Origin: the human T2T-CHM13v2.0 reference genome, Homo sapiens
Assembly (NCBI RefSeq): GCF_009914755.1
Contig: NC_060930.1
Direction: 5' to 3' (one strand)
DNA: 64,000 nt
Below, one piece after another: positions 59,011-64,000 of the stretch. The notes beneath the pieces are model-generated. The model did not search any database and had not been told where the DNA came from. It saw only the letters and a program-made list of their open reading frames with translations. A program made the translations under genes and the position numbers. Within the stretch, counting starts at the first letter, position 1. Each line of letters starts with the position of its first letter.

Positions 59011-59313
59011 TTTTTTTTTTTTTTTAATTTTTAGAGATGGGGTCTCACTCTGTCACCCAGGCTGGAGTGCAGTGGTGCGATCACAGCTCACTGCTGCCTC
59101 AACCTCCCATGCCCAAGTATCTCCTGCCTCAGCCTCCTAATTAGCTGGGACTACAGGCCTATGCCACCATGCCTGGCTAAGTTTTGAATTTTTCTGCAGA
59201 GATAGGATCTTGCTATGTTGCCCAGGCTGATCACCAACACCTGGACTAAAGCGATCCTCCTGCGTTGGACTCCCTAGTGCTGGGATTCTGGGTGTGAGCC
59301 ACCGTGCCCAGCC
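59011..59313 (-). mobile_element. AluJ
   Basis: Diverged Alu. Confidence 0.88.
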
Positions 59314-59896
59314 CCTAGTCACTTTCAAACAGAATTTAGCAAGTTTGGAAAGGTTACTAGATAGCAAGGAAAACCATTTTCACAGAAGGCAGTAAGACAG
59401 TAGCAATGATGTAATTTTTCCCTCAAAAAAACTAGAAGGCAAGAGATCTCCAACAACAAGGGCCTGGGAATTTGACACACTTGTTTCCACACACTTCATA
59501 GAGCTACGAACTGGAGAAGTCTTTGAATGTGGGGTAAGATAGGGAAGGTCAAGCCCTGTAGGTATACAGGTGGGCATGGGAGCCAGACGGAGTCAGTGGA
59601 CAGGTGAAGACGGCCTTATCCATCTAACATGTACTGTGGTTAGGCCTGGAGACATTCAATAAGTGGCATCTGAGTGCATGAATGTTTCAATACCCTCAAC
59701 GCACTGCGGTTATGTTCTTGAAAATGTACATTGCATTCAAACATTATACTCCGAACTTAGGTGCCCAAATGAACAGTATTGATAAATGGAAATTTCATTT
59801 CTCATAGAGTCCTTGACTGTCCTCTCATATCATAAAAAATAAAGGGGATACATAGGTAGATGAATACAGATGTGATACCCTTTAAAAATAATAGCA

Positions 59897-60190
59897 GGCC
59901 AGGCATGTGGGCTCATGCCTGTAATACTTTGGGAGGCTAAGGTGGGCAGATCGCTAGAAGTCAGGAGTTCAAGCCAGCCTGGACAACATGGTGAAACCCT
60001 ATCTCTACTAAAAATACAAACATTAGCCAAGCATGGTGGCATGTGCCTGTAATCCCAGCTACTAGGGAGGCTAAGGCAGGAGAATCGCTTGAACCTGGGA
60101 GGCGGAGGTTGCAGTGAGCTGAGGTCACGCACTGCACTCCAGCCTGGGTGACAAGAGTGAGACTCTGTCTCAAAAAAATAAAAATAAAAA
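59897..60190 (+). mobile_element. AluS
   Basis: Full-length Alu; TSD aaaaataatagca. Confidence 0.92.
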
Positions 60191-61084
60191 TAATAGCAAA
60201 TAATGAGCATAAAAGTAACAAAGATTTATGTTAAACTCCTAAATGTTTCTTGTATCTCTATAGGTATTACCCCCAATCAAATTCCCAAATTAAATAAATT
60301 TTATAAAAATACATGCAGAGCTTCTAATAACAGAAATTCCACTCTACTCTAAGGATGTCAGTACAATAGTGCTATTAAAAACACATTTGGTTTACATTCA
60401 AAGGCTACCTTTCAGAGACTAAGGCACATCACATTTTAAAGCGAATCTCAAAGAAAAAGTAGATAAATTTATTTTATCCACCACTGAAGTCCAATCACTA
60501 AGCATAGCAGCAGATATTTAACATGTGCTTAGAAAATATTTTTCAAATAAAAAATGATTTATCAAAACTCGTAAGAGATACTTCAAAGCATAATATCCAA
60601 AACAGCATAAAATTAACTGGCCAAATTAAGCCTAAAAATATTAGTAATAAGTAACACTGAAAAAATTATTATCCTCAGTATATAAAGAGCTCTTACAATT
60701 TAGTAAAAACATGCTATTATCAAGCCACAGAAAATAGGCCAGTGACATAAACGCACCTATCCCAGTAAATGCTTGAAACTGTTTAACCTCATTATTAATA
60801 GTAATTTAAACTTTTTTACCAGAAAGAGAGCATTTTGCTCATCAAATTTACAATCTTTCTAAAAATTCAATAACCACCATTGAAAAAAATTCAATGGTGG
60901 TTAGCTCTGGCAAAATGGGTTCACTCATACATTGCTAGTGGGAATATAAATTAGCAAAACCTCTCTGAAAAACAAACTGGTAATATAATTCATATCAAGA
61001 GTTTTAAAAAGTTTATAACTTTCAACACAGCAACTCCTAGTAATAATCTCTCCTGTGACAATAAAATATATGGGCAAAGATGGT

Positions 61085-61480
61085 GTATGAAGATGTTTAT
61101 TACAAATAATTTTTTAAATATTTATATTTTCATTTATAATGTTAAAGTTTATATGTTTATAAATATTTATATAATATATACTATGTAATTTTTCATAATT
61201 TAAAAAATAAAAATTTTATTCATTTACTTTATAAAAAATTACAAATAAATATAAAATATATAAACAAATATTACAAATATAATTACATAATATACAGTAT
61301 ACAATATGCAAATATTTATAAAAATATATGAATAAAATTTTTATTTTATAAATGGCAATTTTTATAAGTATAAAATTTTATGCATAAATAAAATTATATA
61401 ATTATATATTCATTTATAGGTGTATATATTTATAAGCATAAATATATAAACAATTGTTTATAAATATATTTTTAAATTGC
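61085..61480. repeat. AT-rich low-complexity island inside old L1M sequence
   Basis: ~400 bp almost devoid of G and C. Confidence 0.9.
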
Positions 61481-61940
61481 AAACAACTTAAATTTTCAAG
61501 AATTGGAAGTGGTTATGTGTAACATAGTATGCGTATGAAGAAAATCATTAAAATAAACCTTTGAAGTATAAACGCCTTTGGAAAATACCCCCAATATGAC
61601 ACTATGTAATAAAATCAATACAAAAACTCTCTGTACAGCGTGATTCTATCTATACTATCTTATGAATATAATAATTCACAGACATAGATATACATACACA
61701 TTTATGCATCTAAAAAATGGACAAAAAGCCCACCATATGGTTCATAGCAGTGAATGACTATGTGTATTATATGTTTTCATTAAAAATATTTTCAGAGAAA
61801 ATAATTTTTGTAAAAATACTAATTATATAAAGCAAAAAGTAAAATCCCCCAATTACCAAAAACCCCCAAACATACTCACTCTTTGTCCTCCACCAACATA
61901 CCCACTGATATCAGTCTGAAGCATAGGATGTATTTAAACA

Positions 61941-61994
61941 TAAATCTTTTAAAAATATAGGCAGAATTAAATCTTTTTAAAATATAGGCAGAAT
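61941..61994. repeat. Tandem duplication, 2 x 27 bp
   Basis: taaatctttt(a/t)aaaatataggcagaat occurs twice. Confidence 0.9.
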
Positions 61995-62397
61995 TATCCT
62001 GTGCATATCGATCCATCTTGGAGATCTTTCCTAGCCCGTACATAATCATCATTCTTATTAATGTCTGGTTATAATTCTATGGCTATATAAAAATGTGTTT
62101 AACCCATCCCAATAAAAGGGATTTTTTTTTTAATCCAGACTTTCACTATTACAAATAATGTTGTATGAAACAGCTTAGTACACTTCTTTCTATCCTCTTT
62201 AAGAAACATATCCAGAAGTGTTAACTTTCAGGAAAAAGTGATCACACATTCATTTTCACAGACAATGGCAAATTTTCCTCCTAATTATCCCTACCACTTT
62301 ATATCCCCAAAATAGTACAGGAGAGAACTTACATCCCTACAGCCTTGACTGAGTATTTTCTTTCTGCTTCACTTTTGGAAAATATTTCCACTGGTGT

Positions 62398-62660
62398 TCT
62401 TTTTTTTTTTTTTTTTTTTTTTTTGAGATGCAGTCTCATTCTGTCACCCAGGCTGGAGTGCAGTGGTGCAATCTCGGCTCACTGCAACTTCTGCGCCCTG
62501 GGTTGAAGTGATTCTCCTGCCTCAGCCTCCCCAGTAGCTGGGACTACAGATGTGCATCACCATGCTCAGCTGATTTTTGTATTTTTAGTAGAGACGGGGT
62601 TTCACCATGTGGACCAGGCTGGTCTTGAACTCCTGACCTCAGATGATCCACCTGCCTGGC
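62398..62660 (-). mobile_element. AluS, 5'-truncated
   Basis: T tail plus Alu body ending at ccacctgcct. Confidence 0.9.
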
Positions 62661-63047
62661 CCCTGGCATCTTTAAAATTACTAGTGAGTTCACTTTTTAA
62701 GTTGCTTGGCTATTGACATTTCTATTGATAATGGTTTATTTATATCTGGAGCTCAGACCATTTGCTGTTCTCTAATATTCACTCAGTCTTTCTTAGCAAT
62801 AACACCCCAATATTTAATGGGACATGCGGTCATACAGGATGAAGACTACATTGCCAAGTCTCTTTTAAAGTTAGGGATACTCATGTGACTAAACACTGGG
62901 CAAGGGGACATGAAGAAAAGGGTTTGTTATAACACTTCCAGAAAGTGATTTTAAAGGAAAAGTGCACATCTTTCCTAGTTGTTGGAATGTAGACGCAACA
63001 GCAGAAGCTGAGGCATGCATCTTGGACGATGAATAAAAGACACATAT

Positions 63048-63337
<290 letters not shown>

Positions 63338-63598
63338 GACAAATGTTTTGGATGTTACAGTAACAAACCAGAGGGGTCTCAGATCATGATAATGTTTGAG
63401 AAGCCACCTTACCAGTCATTGACCATTTACCTCTGGACATTGTTTATGTGAGAATTAAATGTTTGTCTTGTTAAAAACCCTTTTATCATAAATTTTCTAT
63501 CATCTTCAATTTGACCTAATTGTATCCTTTGCCAATTTTTTAATTGGCTTGTTTACTTATATCCTTGCCAATTTTTTTAACTGGTTTACCTATTAATT

Positions 63599-63890
63599 AT
63601 TTATTTTTTGAGATAGGGTTTTCTCTGTCACTCAGGCTGGAGTCCAGTGACATGAATGTGGCTCTGCAGCCTTGACCGCTTGGGCTCAAGTGATGCTCCC
63701 ACCTCAGCTTCCCAAGTAGCTGGGACGAGAAGCACATGCTACTATGCCAGGCTAATTTTTTTTTTTTTTTTTTAGAGATGGGGTCTTTCTATGTTGCCCA
63801 GGCTAATCTCAAACCCCTGGGCTCAAGTGATCCCTCTGCCTTGTTCCCCCAAAGTATTGGGATTGCAGGTGTGAGCCACTGTGCCCATCC
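63599..63890 (-). mobile_element. AluJ
   Basis: Diverged Alu. Confidence 0.88.
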
Positions 63891-64000
63891 TGGTTTTTCT
63901 TTTTTTCCTGTTGGCATGTACTTCTTTATGAAATAAATAGAATTTCCTCTGTCGGCAGCAAATCATGAAATAAATTCCATTCATTCATCTATTCATAAAT

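Overview
Human genomic DNA from inside the very large PRKN (PARK2, parkin) gene, which is transcribed from the minus strand of this window. The only recognisable host coding sequence is PRKN exon 7 (137 nt, 26439-26575, RING1 domain, residues ~245-291, no substitution seen at R256 or R275). Positions 1-26438 are intron 7 and 26576-64000 are intron 6. The rest is typical intron: 23 Alu copies, old L1M/L2/MIR fragments, MaLR and ERV1 solo LTRs, and microsatellites. The window opens in the 3' end of a very young L1HS Ta-1 element lying antisense to PRKN, whose split poly(A) tail looks like a short 3' transduction. Other points of interest are candidate cryptic exons (a strong poison-exon candidate at 3772-3946 and an in-frame 99-nt candidate at 47230-47328), several perfect hairpins and AT-rich islands relevant to fragile site FRA6E, and local duplications near exon 7. 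I found no convincing novel protein-coding system; apart from L1 ORF2, the supplied ORFs look like repeat-derived or chance ORFs. Repeat subfamily calls and most repeat boundaries are by eye and approximate.
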